DNA of 35,059 nt, from the NCBI GenBank assembly GCA_021432655.1, contig MU271654.1, positions 1-35,059 of the forward strand, given 5' to 3'. This DNA comes from Atractiella rhizophila. Lineage: Eukaryota. Below the pieces are notes generated by a model. That model did no database searches. It was not told the origin of the DNA and saw only the letters and a program-made list of their open reading frames with translations. Position numbers and translations under genes: made by a program. Positions 19,958 through 30,354 of this stretch are shown piece after piece. How positions within the stretch are numbered: position 1 is the first letter of the stretch; every line of letters starts with the position of its first letter.

Positions 19958-20191
19958 ATGATTACGTCATGCACCCTCTTCTTTCTCCAACTCTCATTCC
20001 TACTTCGGTCTGCAGGAGAAAGGGAGAGGAAGCGATTACGGAGCCGTGCTGGAAGAAGTGGTGAGAATGGCGGTGGACAAAGGCTTGCCAGGATTGTCCA
20101 GGCTGAGAAAGTGGTCGAACGAAAAGAAGGAGTGGGGGAGAGAGGTAGAGGACAGAGTGGTGGGAGAACTGGATTGAGGAGTCAAGGATGA
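19958..20191 (+). other. Chimeric 77-aa ORF at the duplication junction: GH55 signal peptide fused to the basic FunK1 tail
   Basis: MITSCTLFFLQLSFLLRSA (identical to the GH55 N-terminus at 21544) is joined in frame at 20014/20015 to GERERKRLRSRAGRSGE...RTGLRSQG (the FunK1 C-terminus). Confidence 0.45.
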
Positions 20192-21600
20192 ACGATCGTG
20201 ACAGCGCCTTCGCTTCTCACATTCAATACGATTTTAATGTATTTCACTCTGCAAGCCATCCACAGCTTTACTCCTCCTACATTTCTTGTTGATGATTCTA
20301 TAGCACGGATCATCAAGTTCGTCACAACATCAGTGTGTTTGAACGAGCCAAGGACGGCGCTTAGCTGCAACGATTGATGTGCTTTCAGGTCAATGTCCCT
20401 CAGATTACTGATCCTGATGAGATCATCGTCCAGTAGGTCTGCCCTAGGCTGTCTCGTCCATGTACCACGCACTGCTGTATGTTGCTGGCGACATTTAGGT
20501 GGTTTCCCCCCTTCTTTCTTTTTCTTTCATATCACCTAAAGGGGTGTTGATCCATCGATAATAGGGCCAAGGCTGTCTCGCTCAATCCTACCGATTGGAA
20601 GAGGGCACATGAATCATTTGCTGGTACTTTCTCTTTCATCCGCTCGCATGTCCCTCGATCTGATCGTCTTTTAAACCACAGAATACCTGAAGTCGGAAGG
20701 TGCGCTTGTGTGGAAGAATCCCGAGGGAGTATCTTCGTCTTTCGAAGAGGCGGCAGCTATAGGAGGAAGTTCTCAACATACTACCTTCATGATGATGTTC
20801 CTACTAGTAGGCGATTCTCCTCTCCCAAGGCCCGACAAGCCCATCAGCGGGAAAGATCTTTCCCCCTGATCTTTCCCCCTTCTCATCTAGACTGGTACCA
20901 CTGCTTGTGGTATTTACTGCATTCAATACGCCAAGGTGCGCCGTTTACAGAACTTAGCGGAGCCTGCTGGACTCAAGGTTGTCACTACCGTTTCACGGGT
21001 TAACCATCAACTTTTGAAGGGTTACGGCGCAGACGCTTGCTACGACTACGACGACCCTGAAGTTGTCTCCAGGATCGAGAAGGACTGGCCCAACATTCAG
21101 TTCGTTGATTCCTCCCCCTCCAGGCCATACCTAAATTGTTTCTACAGCTACGGAATCGACAACATTTGCCAGGCTCCTTCCTCGCTCCTTGCCGCTCAGC
21201 ACTTCAATGATCTCACCGGTGGCCACTCATCGTACGACGTCATATGCAGTCACCTTTAGTCTGTTGTTTTAGCTCTGTCGTCTTCCCTGTGCTGTCCACT
21301 CTCCTCCTTCCTGTGCTATCCAAGTCTTGCGGACATTTTTTGAGCAGCCATGGATGTTCCAACGCCTTGGCTCCGCTCGCATGTAATAACCTAAAGTTCT
21401 TAAGTTCGCTCAGGTTCGCCACTTGCCTTTCCAGAGGTTGTGTAGTCCCGAGGTGCCGAATATTTGAGCTACAAATTTGAGGGCAGCCTCACTTTGTCTT
21501 GATCCCAAATCCTTCAGCTCCCTTCCCAGTGAATTATATCACCATGATTACGTCATGCACCCTCTTCTTTCTCCAACTCTCATTCCTACTTCGGTCTGCA
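20015..21600 (+). repeat. Copy 2 of the ~1.6-kb tandem duplication (transposon-free copy)
   Basis: Begins ggagaaagggagaggaagcgattacgg like 14233 and ends cttcggtctgca like 20014. Confidence 0.9.
20389..21340 (+). pseudogene. Degenerate MDR/enoyl-reductase-like oxidoreductase, copy 2
   Basis: Fragments VNVPQITDPDEIIVQ*, EYLKSEGALVWK and AGLKVVTTVSRVNHQLLKGYGADACYDYDDPEVVSRIEKDWPNIQ/YGIDNI. Its lesions partly differ from copy 1. Boundaries are approximate. Confidence 0.7.
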
Positions 21601-24600
21601 AGCTCCCAACTCGGCGCACGCTGCAATGGGCGCGGCCTCCAAGTCTCAGATCCCACTGTCTATTGGCTGGAAGGAATTCAGCACCAAGGACTGTATGCCG
21701 TTCCCCTCCAGTATCCTAGCTCTTACTCATCTTTTTCGACTTGTATCAAGGGCTCCCTACGCTGAGGCAGGTTATACGGTTTGGCGAAATGTCAAAGAGT
21801 TTGGGGCAATGGGTAAGTAAGCCTTGTTCACGCTCCGAAATACCTTTAACTCACATTCACGCGGCTATTGACAGGCGATGGAGTAACGGATGAGTCTGTC
21901 ACTTCCCTTTCCTGAGAAGTGAACGCTCATCTACCCCTTCTATCAGCACTACGGCTATCAACAATGCGATATTTTCTGGTGGAAGGTGCGGTGACGGCTG
22001 TCCATCGACCTCGACAACTCCAGCCGTAGTTTATTTCCCCCCCGGCACTTATCGTGTTTCCTCTCCCATCCGTCAAGCTTACCTCACACAGTTCATTGGT
22101 TCGCCTATTCATGTACCTACTATCGCTCCTTCCACAGATTTTGTTTGGAACGCGACGAATACAGCTGTAGTTGACGTCGATCCTTACCGTGCAGGTGAGC
22201 ATTTCCGCGAGCAAAGCGCGCCGTTGAGTGCATGAAGTTGATGCAATCACTTCGAGACGGATCGCAGTGGTATACACCGCAAAATCAGGTGCGAACTCGC
22301 TTCGACTGCTTGCTATTAGTTGACCTCTGGCGCAGTTCTTCCGCGCCATCCAAAACCTGCACATTGACATCTCCTCCGTACGTTTCACGTTCCAGGCGTC
22401 TCCTCTCCCTGTCTTCCTTTTGGTCAATCAACGTTTTTTGGATCGCAGGTCCCGGAATCTACCCCCGCACGAGCCCTTCACTGGCAAGTGTCGCAGGCTA
22501 CCCACCTTCAAAATATTGAGATTACAATGGCCGAAGGGAGGCAGAACCAGGTCGGTGTGTATATGGAAAGCGGAAGTGGAGGATTTCTTAGTGATGTACG
22601 CATAACGGGTGGTGGTGCGCTTCTCATCAAGGTCAAAAACCTTCGATTGACGTGAACTTCTGAGCAGGGACGGGTATGGTGCTCGGCAATCAACGTGCGC
22701 AAATGATTCTCCTAAAAGTAGAAGCATCCGAAATTTGAGGTCTTCAGAGTTTACCATCCGGAATGTGTCAATTTCCAATGCCATTACAGGGATCGAGCAG
22801 CTATGGGACTGGTCTTTCACCTACATAGGACTAAGCATCAATAACTGCCAAACAGGAGTGCACGCACACACCGGCTCCACGCTCGCTATCCAGGTATGGC
22901 CATGCTCCTGACCCGCTGTGATTCTTGTTCTAACCTAGTATAAAGACTACCCAGCACTTATTCTTTCTGGACACCCTTGTCCAGCAAACACCTACCTTTC
23001 TGCAGACCAACGCTTCTGACATTGGGTCAATTGTAATCAAACACCTAACGCACAACGGTGTCCAGAATATCGTCCGGTCTCCCGACAGCGTTCAGCTCGC
23101 TGCAAGCACTGGGTCTGCAGAAGTCGATTTGTTCGTTGCTGGTCCAACATCGGTGGAAGGTACCGCGAATGGAAGTGTGCAGAATGAGGATTTTCCGGAT
23201 GTTTTGATGAATAATGCAAATGTATTCGGGAGAGAGATGCCTACTTACCAGGGGTATGCTGTTACTGGTTTGTGCTCTTCTCTGCCTCTGTGAGGGGAAG
23301 GACTTACCATACCCATAGATATCCTCAGCGTCCGGTCCGCTGGAGCAAAAGGAGACGGGAGCAGTGATGATTTGGCAGTACTCCAGCAGACACTGGATGA
23401 TGTATGCTTTTCCCATTGCTGCTTCTCGTACTGAGGGATGTCTTTATAGTATGCCGGGTGTCGCATCATTTACTTCGACGCAGGAATCTACCGAGTTCGT
23501 TGTTGCATTTTTGCTCTCCTAACTTTCCGATTCACTCGGCTACCACTAGATATCGGATACTCTTACTATACCTCCTTCTTCAATCATTGTTGGAGAAGCG
23601 TACCCTACCATCCAAGCCTTCGGTTCCAACTTCGCTGATTCAACTTTGCCACGCGTGGGTGTCCGAGTTGGAGCAGACGCGGACCACGGGAGCGTAGAAA
23701 TCAGTGGGATGCTGTTCAATGCGGCCGGTGGGAGTAAAGGTCTGCCTTGACGCGGAAACCTAAACAGATCGCTGACGACGGCGCAGGTGCAATCATTCTC
23801 GAATGGAACCTCCACGAAGACACCCAAGGGTCAGCTGCTATGTGGAATTCGCATTTACGGCTTGGAGGCACAAGGGACAGCAGTCTGACATTGGAAGACT
23901 GCCCTACTACCAGTAGGGATGACAGATGCTGGGTTGCGTATTTGGGTCTACATCTTACGAAGAAGAGTGCCGCATATCTTGAGGTTCGTCTTTTCTTAAC
24001 CAATGGAGACAAAAGTTGATTAGAGCGTGATAGAATGTTTGGATTTGGACCTCGGTATACTCTCACCAGTCCTTTTATCAATTGCAAGCAGTGCTGAGTA
24101 CTCCTTAGGATCACGATATCGACGCACAAGAACAAGACCAAATCAATGTGTTCTCTGCTCGCGGAATGCTTGTTGAGTCCCAAGGTCCCCTATGGCTTTA
24201 TGGAACAGGTGTGTTCCTACCTATTCAACTGCCCTTTCTGATCCCCCGCAGCCTCGGAGCATCACGGTTTATACCAGTACCTATTCGATGGGGCTCAAAA
24301 CGTTTTTACCTCTCTCATTCAGACGGAAACTCCGTACTATCAGCCAACTCCATCAACAAACTTCTTCGCGTCCTCTTCCTCGCTCTTCGATCCTTCAACC
24401 TACCCTTCCAATAACGGTTCCGCGTGGGCAATCTACGTCCGCAACTCCAAGGACGTGACAATCGCTGGAGCGGGATTGTACTCATTCTTCTCCTCCTATA
24501 CCCAGACGTGCATCGCTTCTTTCAGCTGCCAAGGCGAAATCGTCAATGTTGAAGGTTCAAAAGATATTAGAATTATAGGTCTGGCGACAATAGGGAGCGG

Positions 24601-24847
24601 AAGCATGATCAATGAAGGTGGCGAGAGCCTAGCGCAAGCGAGCCAGCACCGAACAGGCTTCGCGAGTTTGCTCAGCGTTTTCGACTGTCAGGATTCTGAC
24701 AGCGTTGAGGGAGAAGGAGGACATGGTACGAATGGCAGCGGATCTGCTGCAGGTTCGCTGCTGATACCCCAATTTGAGACTTGGATGGCGTGGCTGGCGG
24801 TTGTAATGTTTTGTTCTCTACCATTGATAGATCCATTTACTAGATAG
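21544..24847 (+). CDS. Glycoside hydrolase family 55 exo-beta-1,3-glucanase (glucan 1,3-beta-glucosidase), many introns
   Basis: Signal peptide, then YWLEGIQHQG, VWRNVKEFGAMG/DGVTDD/TTAINNAI, TPAVVYFPPGTY, LHWQVSQATHLQN, MESGSGGF, GAIILEWN, MWNSHLRLGG, SARGMLVESQGPLWLYGT/ASEHH..YQY, IQTETPYYQP and AGAGLYSFF. Confidence 0.93.
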
Positions 24848-25438
24848 ATCTTTGTCATTTGTGTTGTACATATTATGCCCAGTATCGAATACGATCTGAG
24901 TAATTCCCAAGCACCATGTAACCTGCTTATTCCATGTTAGTTTGTTACTGAGATTCAACGACAGAGCATTTGTTCCTTAACGTGGAAAGCGCCGCCTTCT
25001 AGATGTTTGGCTTGTCTATGCGTGTTGATGAGCATAAAACCATTTCAATGCAAGATCCTTTACAAGAAAAGCATGTAAACTACGGCTTATAGCCATTCAA
25101 AGCTGTAAGGAAGAAATAGCGAAGGGCACAGGCCTAGCTAGCTTGGCGTTGCTTATCTATGAAACCGTGCGGCAGTTCCGCTTTACAGAGCGCAATTGGG
25201 AACGAAACAGAAACAATCTGGCTTTTTTTCCCTGATGATAACTGAGGCACATAATGTAGGCTTCGTGTTTGTAATTCTTGATAAAGCAGCTGAAGAGGAT
25301 TATGGGGAACCAAGCTGACGATGAGACGATGATAAATTGATTGATATGGAGCGGAGTCTAATGTCCGGTTGTAGAGGATGAGGCGCAAGAGCAGTGGTCC
25401 GACGTACAGTTGAAAGATGAACGGATGACTGAAGATTC

Positions 25439-26683
25439 CTAGAACAGATCTTCTTCCTCGACGCTTCGAGATTGTGTTTCCAGACCATCAATGCCAATCC
25501 CGTTAGCAACACCTAGCTGTTCCCACGTCGCATCCATGATTTGTCCCCATTCGAAGTTCTCGTTCCTCGTCTTTTCTGCAATTTCCTTGGAAGCGATGGT
25601 GACTGGGATGGATATGGAAGACGATAGCTGCTGTTGCGACAGTGTGGCGGTCATGATCGGTTCAACAGGAGCGGTGTGAGAATGAGTTGTCGTTGATGGA
25701 ATGCTCAAGTGACCAACAGAAGAGGAAACCGTAGAGGAACAAGGCTCGAAGTCGCCGTTTAAGGAAAAGTTGGTTGGGGCAGTGGAGGCTGTGGACGGAT
25801 TTGAGAAGAAGGACAAGTCGGAGGACGAAGGAAGACTGAAGGCGGTAGAGTCGGGTGGCACCACGGAATACGAGGCAATGGCTTTTTTCTTCCTCGGGCG
25901 TGCTTCTTCTTGAATAGAAACTCGTCTGCCCCTCTTCTTTGATTGAGTGACGATGCTGCAGTTTCCCTTCCTCCTCAGATACACCTCCGCGCTCGAGTCT
26001 TCACTAGCTAGAAACTGTCCCAAATCTGCACCGCCAACGTTCAATCCCCGTAGATCCTCGTCTTCATCCACATTGTAACCCCTTGACAGGAGCCCAGACA
26101 GTGATGCGTCATTATATCTCTCGGCTTCCTCTTGCGCCTTTTGAGACCAAGCTGCTTTAGCCTTTGATGACATCTTCTCCCATATCTTCCCCACAACCTG
26201 GCTCACGCGAGCTTGATCCACTTGTCCGTTTGAAGTCAGCAGTTTCGCCTTGTTCTTCTCCACGAATCCGCCATCCATGAGATGCTTCTTGAACAAGAAG
26301 AACGAGTTCAGGGGTTTCCCGCTCTTCTCATCTTGCTTCTTCTTCTTCTTCTGTTTCCTCGTAAGCGGCGGCCTGGGAAGGGGGATTGGCTTCTCTTCTT
26401 GCTCAAAAAACGACGGTGGCGCGGAGTCTGGAGCTTCGTACGGCGTGGAGATGTCGTAATAGGAAGCCGAGGTTGGGGCATCGTAATATGGGGTAGAGGC
26501 GGAGGAAGGGTGAGCGTGGGTGTGAAAAGGGGTAGGCGGCGAAGGTGTAGTTTGGGATGGTGTTGTCGAAGCATATCCAACTGGTTGTTCAGGGGGGATG
26601 TATGTGGGATATGGATGTCCTTGCATCGTACCCTGAGGCGGGAGTGGGGCAGAGTAGGTAGCAGAGGTCGGTTCACGAAATGA
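25439..26683 (-). CDS. HMG-box (MATA/SOX-type) transcription factor, terminal exon
   Basis: KPLNSFFLFKK..QARVSQVVGKIWEKMSSKAKAAWSQKAQEEAERY. The exon is open from the acceptor at 26684. Intron 26735-26684 links it to in-frame upstream exons, so the true start is probably further upstream. Confidence 0.85.
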   Translation of the reverse strand, partial: SFREPTSATYSAPLPPQGTMQGHPYPTYIPPEQPVGYASTTPSQTTPSPPTPFHTHAHPSSASTPYYDAPTSASYYDISTPYEAPDSAPPSFFEQEEKPIPLPRPPLTRKQKKKKKQDEKSGKPLNSFFLFKKHLMDGGFVEKNKAKLLTSNGQVDQARVSQVVGKIWEKMSSKAKAAWSQKAQEEAERYNDASLSGLLSRGYNVDEDEDLRGLNVGGADLGQFLASEDSSAEVYLRRKGNCSIVTQSKKRGRRVSIQEEARPRKKKAIASYSVVPPDSTAFSLPSSSDLSFFSNPSTASTAPTNFSLNGDFEPCSSTVSSSVGHLSIPSTTTHSHTAPVEPIMTATLSQQQLSSSISIPVTIASKEIAEKTRNENFEWGQIMDATWEQLGVANGIGIDGLETQSRSVEEEDLF

Positions 26684-27601
26684 CTTTGCAAAGAAGCCTC
26701 ATTCAGGCAGGGAAGAGAACAAGGGAAAGACTTACCTCAATTGCCATTTCGCTGAGACGGAAGGGTTGTTGCCGATGCGGATACTGATGTTCTTGAAAAC
26801 GGTGGTGCTGATGATGGTTTGCAAGCCGCCGCGGTGGTGGTTTGTGGCGTGGGACGCAAAAGGGATAAGGGACCTTGTTAAAATGTCAATGCTGCGCAAC
26901 ATCCCTTGTGGAAAAGCGACGGACCTGAGTGCCTCTCCCTTGTTGTTCTCCATGAGAGTATAACTACCCGGACTCATTAGGTCGGATAAAGGCGAAATCA
27001 GACGACATACAGAATGGAAGCTGTGTCCACTATACGTGAGCTCCTTCATTGTTCGGTCTAAGTCTGCTGCTTCAATTGTTGGAGACCAGCAGAAACATAC
27101 CTCATGATCTGGTACAGCGTGCACCTGCTCGCATCGGATTATCAGCATAGCATAAGTGACTGGGAGAAGGAAGGAATCAGTACATTCTTCGACCCCTGCT
27201 GATCCCCCAGTGAGTCACGTAAGTCTTTCTCCTCGCCAATAAACGGATAGGTGCACACCAGGTGAGGGTCAAATACACCGCTTTTCTATAGATACTCATG
27301 CGTTAGAAGCCTGGCCCTAGCTCTGCATTAATTTAATGGAAGCGACAAACCTGCTCTAACGGTTGATAGACATGGCCTGACGCCAGCGTATCAGGCACAA
27401 TCTCTCCATTCTCGTTCTCGATCCATCGAGTCTAATCGCGCCACATGTCATCAGTTTCCACTTCAGCCAGAGGATGCAGCAGAGAGGATGCGCGCAGGTG
27501 GAGCGAATGGGACAGGAAATCACCTTATGCATCACTGGTGCTGACCCTATGTCCATCGTGGCCAAGTCAGTCCTTCCACCAGCCTTCACCATCCGAACAA
27601 A

Positions 27602-28165
27602 TCAGTAAATCGTACAGATGACAAGGCACGATGACAAGACCCACACGTACTGCTCGCTCCTTACAACGGTCTTCAGGTGCTGCTTGCTGAGTAAAGTACT
27701 CTGGAGGAAGGCGGGTATATCGTCCCCTGCGTACGGGCGGAGCGAATGCCTATATTTCCTGCTCAGCAACGCCGGCCATCGAGGGAAGCAGTAGTGAGAT
27801 AACGCACGGCTAACAGGGAAGGGTCTTGATCCTCCTGAAGATGTGAAGGCTGAAGTTGAGGAGTGGGTGTAGGAGCCCAGGCTGAGACTTGAGGCTGAGC
27901 AAGAGTGTAGGAAGTCTGAGTAAATGACACTCCGTCCTTTTCGCCACATCAAGTCAGAAAAGGTGCGAGAACCAGGAACACAATAGAAAGGAGGTACGGG
28001 AGCAGTGTCCATTCTCTCTCCTTCAAACTGGGATGGTTCGACGTGCGAGAAAGCGCGTTTCCTGCCTCTGTCCGTTGCCACTTCGACCTCCATCTCTCTC
28101 GTTTCTGAATGCTGAGTGGTGGACATATAAAAGTGTTCAATGGAAGCGCCCTGGAAGTCCGCCAT
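27602..28165 (-). CDS. Hypothetical protein exon, possibly the first exon of the HMG-box gene
   Basis: Long ORF from ATG 28165 (MADFQGASIEHF...RGRKRAFS...) on the same strand, with intron-like signals between it and the HMG exon. Confidence 0.4.
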   Translation of the reverse strand: MADFQGASIEHFYMSTTQHSETREMEVEVATDRGRKRAFSHVEPSQFEGERMDTAPVPPFYCVPGSRTFSDLMWRKGRSVIYSDFLHSCSASSLSLGSYTHSSTSAFTSSGGSRPFPVSRALSHYCFPRWPALLSRKYRHSLRPYAGDDIPAFLQSTLLSKQHLKTVVRSEQYVWVLSSCLVICTIY

Positions 28166-30354
28166 CTGCTCCCTGACTTTTCGCTCTCTGCTCGTTTTTT
28201 CGATGCCCCAAATGAATGTGATGGTGACGGGTAAATCTTTCTTTGGAGCGAAGGCAAGGCTCAAAGGCAAGGACTATTTGTGTGTAACGAGTGAACTGTA
28301 ACGCGCTATTTGGCTGCCAAACAGAGCAAACCGACGCCGCTGATCAAAACAGGAGGACCGACATGGATTGGATGACATGGCAGCGAAATCCCTGTCATGG
28401 GAAGTTGTTTCATTCATCTCAAAGTATAGCACAGAGCGCGTATAACGCAGGCGAAAATCACCAACTTCGTGGTGAAATCCTCAGTATCGGTTCCGGCACG
28501 GCCGAACAGACGCCGTGCTAAAGAACTTGAAAGTGATAGAAAATGGATGGAAGGAGCGAGACCAGGGCATTTTCTATAAGCTATGTATGTTCAAAGAAAG
28601 CAACCCAAGTCTCCTCTATGCTTCGAGTCTCTCTGCTTTAGAAGTTTGTCCATTTGCCAACTAAGTGTTACCTGTGTACCATCCTTTATATTCACCACCA
28701 TAAGCTTAAAACATTCAAACATCCGTAGCATTTATATAATTGCACACGAAACAATATCGCAGGGTTCTCGCCAAAACAAAGATGTGCGAGAGCTGATGCG
28801 GTTTGCAGTAAGTACAGCGCAGACGGGAACGAAGAGGTGGAATGTTTGCCCGATTCAGACAACAGATGACGGTCATCGTATTCAACCGATATCCAACATT
28901 TATCATCATGATTACGGTTCTTAAATGACAACACCGTTCTTGCTATCTCAGTAAAAACAGTTTCATTCTAGGATCTTCTGTAGCTTGCAGCGCGACCAAT
29001 AATCTAAACTATGACAACAGCAGTCGTTTGAGCTGTTCGCGAGAGTGATGAGAATACTGAGTTAAATATTTAGTGTATGTATACCTATACTAACAAGGAG
29101 AAGGACTCCTGCTTGCTCCGACTTTTGTTTGACGAGTTTTCAGAGACGCCATCTTCTCGTCTAGAAGCGACACAATAATGAAGGCAACGAGCGTCAAAGG
29201 AAACATAGCTTATACCGCTTGAGCGAATTTGATGCGTTGAGGGGAAGTAATATGACTGTTGGTTGAGTATCATTCATGGACCTGATCGAAACCGAGTGGT
29301 TCTGGCTTCGTCTGATCAAGCTTCACATGGTATGTTATGAATGTGATCAACGTGGTCTCGGGAGGTGGGCCGCCTGTGTTCAAACGGGGCAACTTATCAA
29401 TCGCAGTCCTGCAGAACATCGGAGTGACTAAGGTATTACAAAATTGAGTGATAGAGTAATGACAGCGAATTCTTAGACATGCTATTCAGGATAACAGCTC
29501 TTCCGTCGTCCACTAATTCAAAAAGGAGCGAACGGCTTCCTGTGTGCGAACCGAAAGAGGAAGAAGGCATAGAAGACAAATATGCACAAATATTTAGCTG
29601 AAACTAGTTGCGTTTGCAGTCGTGATTCAATACAGGAAAATTACGACAGGCTGAACGGTTAGAAACATGATGGACGCAAAACAAATCATTTACACAAACG
29701 CCGGGAACGCACAAGGGTTGACTTGAACTAGCTTGAAGGGTTCAGACCATTACTACATCGACTGTTGGTTTGCCAGCCTTGCTTGACAGTAATTATATAG
29801 CCCTGACGAACCGTGATGAGCGTTACAATGTTCCAAGATGTCAGTGAGGGAAAGGTCCAGTTACAAGGTTACGTAATGCTATCATGAACAGCATTAACGT
29901 CGTTAACACGTTACAAGGTTCACACAAGGTTTGATGGTCGCAGTTTTCAGGTGGAAGAAAATAGTTCCGAAATGAACTATAACCAGAACTCGAAGCACAG
30001 CCGTTACATGAAACGTTGCTAAAACCGTTTAAAACAGCAACCCACTTTTCTTGTCCTTACTTCGGACTTCTTTCTCTTCTTTTCTTCTTGCCATCTCTCT
30101 TCTTCAAGGACTTCGGAGTGATATCGTCCTTAACGTCTTCAAGTAACATCGTATCTCAAGAACAGCTGAGGAGCAAGCAAGGTTCAAACAAGGAAACAAT
30201 CGACAACGCGTTTTTCGTCATCAATTCAAACTGTTTCCATAAATCTCTAATAATCCTAACGTCGGTCCTGCTTTCTTCCCCTCTTTCTCTGCTGTCCTCA
30301 GTCTTCTCTTCCCCTTCCCCTTTACATTCTCAAACAGCTCATACAGACTCGAAT

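Larger units (their letters stand above)
14233..20014 (+). repeat. Copy 1 of a ~1.6-kb tandem segmental duplication (interrupted by the Harbinger element)
   Basis: 14233-15667 plus 19878-20014 align with 20015-21600, with SNPs and small indels. Confidence 0.9.

Noticed and set aside
28291..29800. Short ORFs and a GTAAGT donor in the intergenic region
   Set aside because: No coherent spliced model or family signature.
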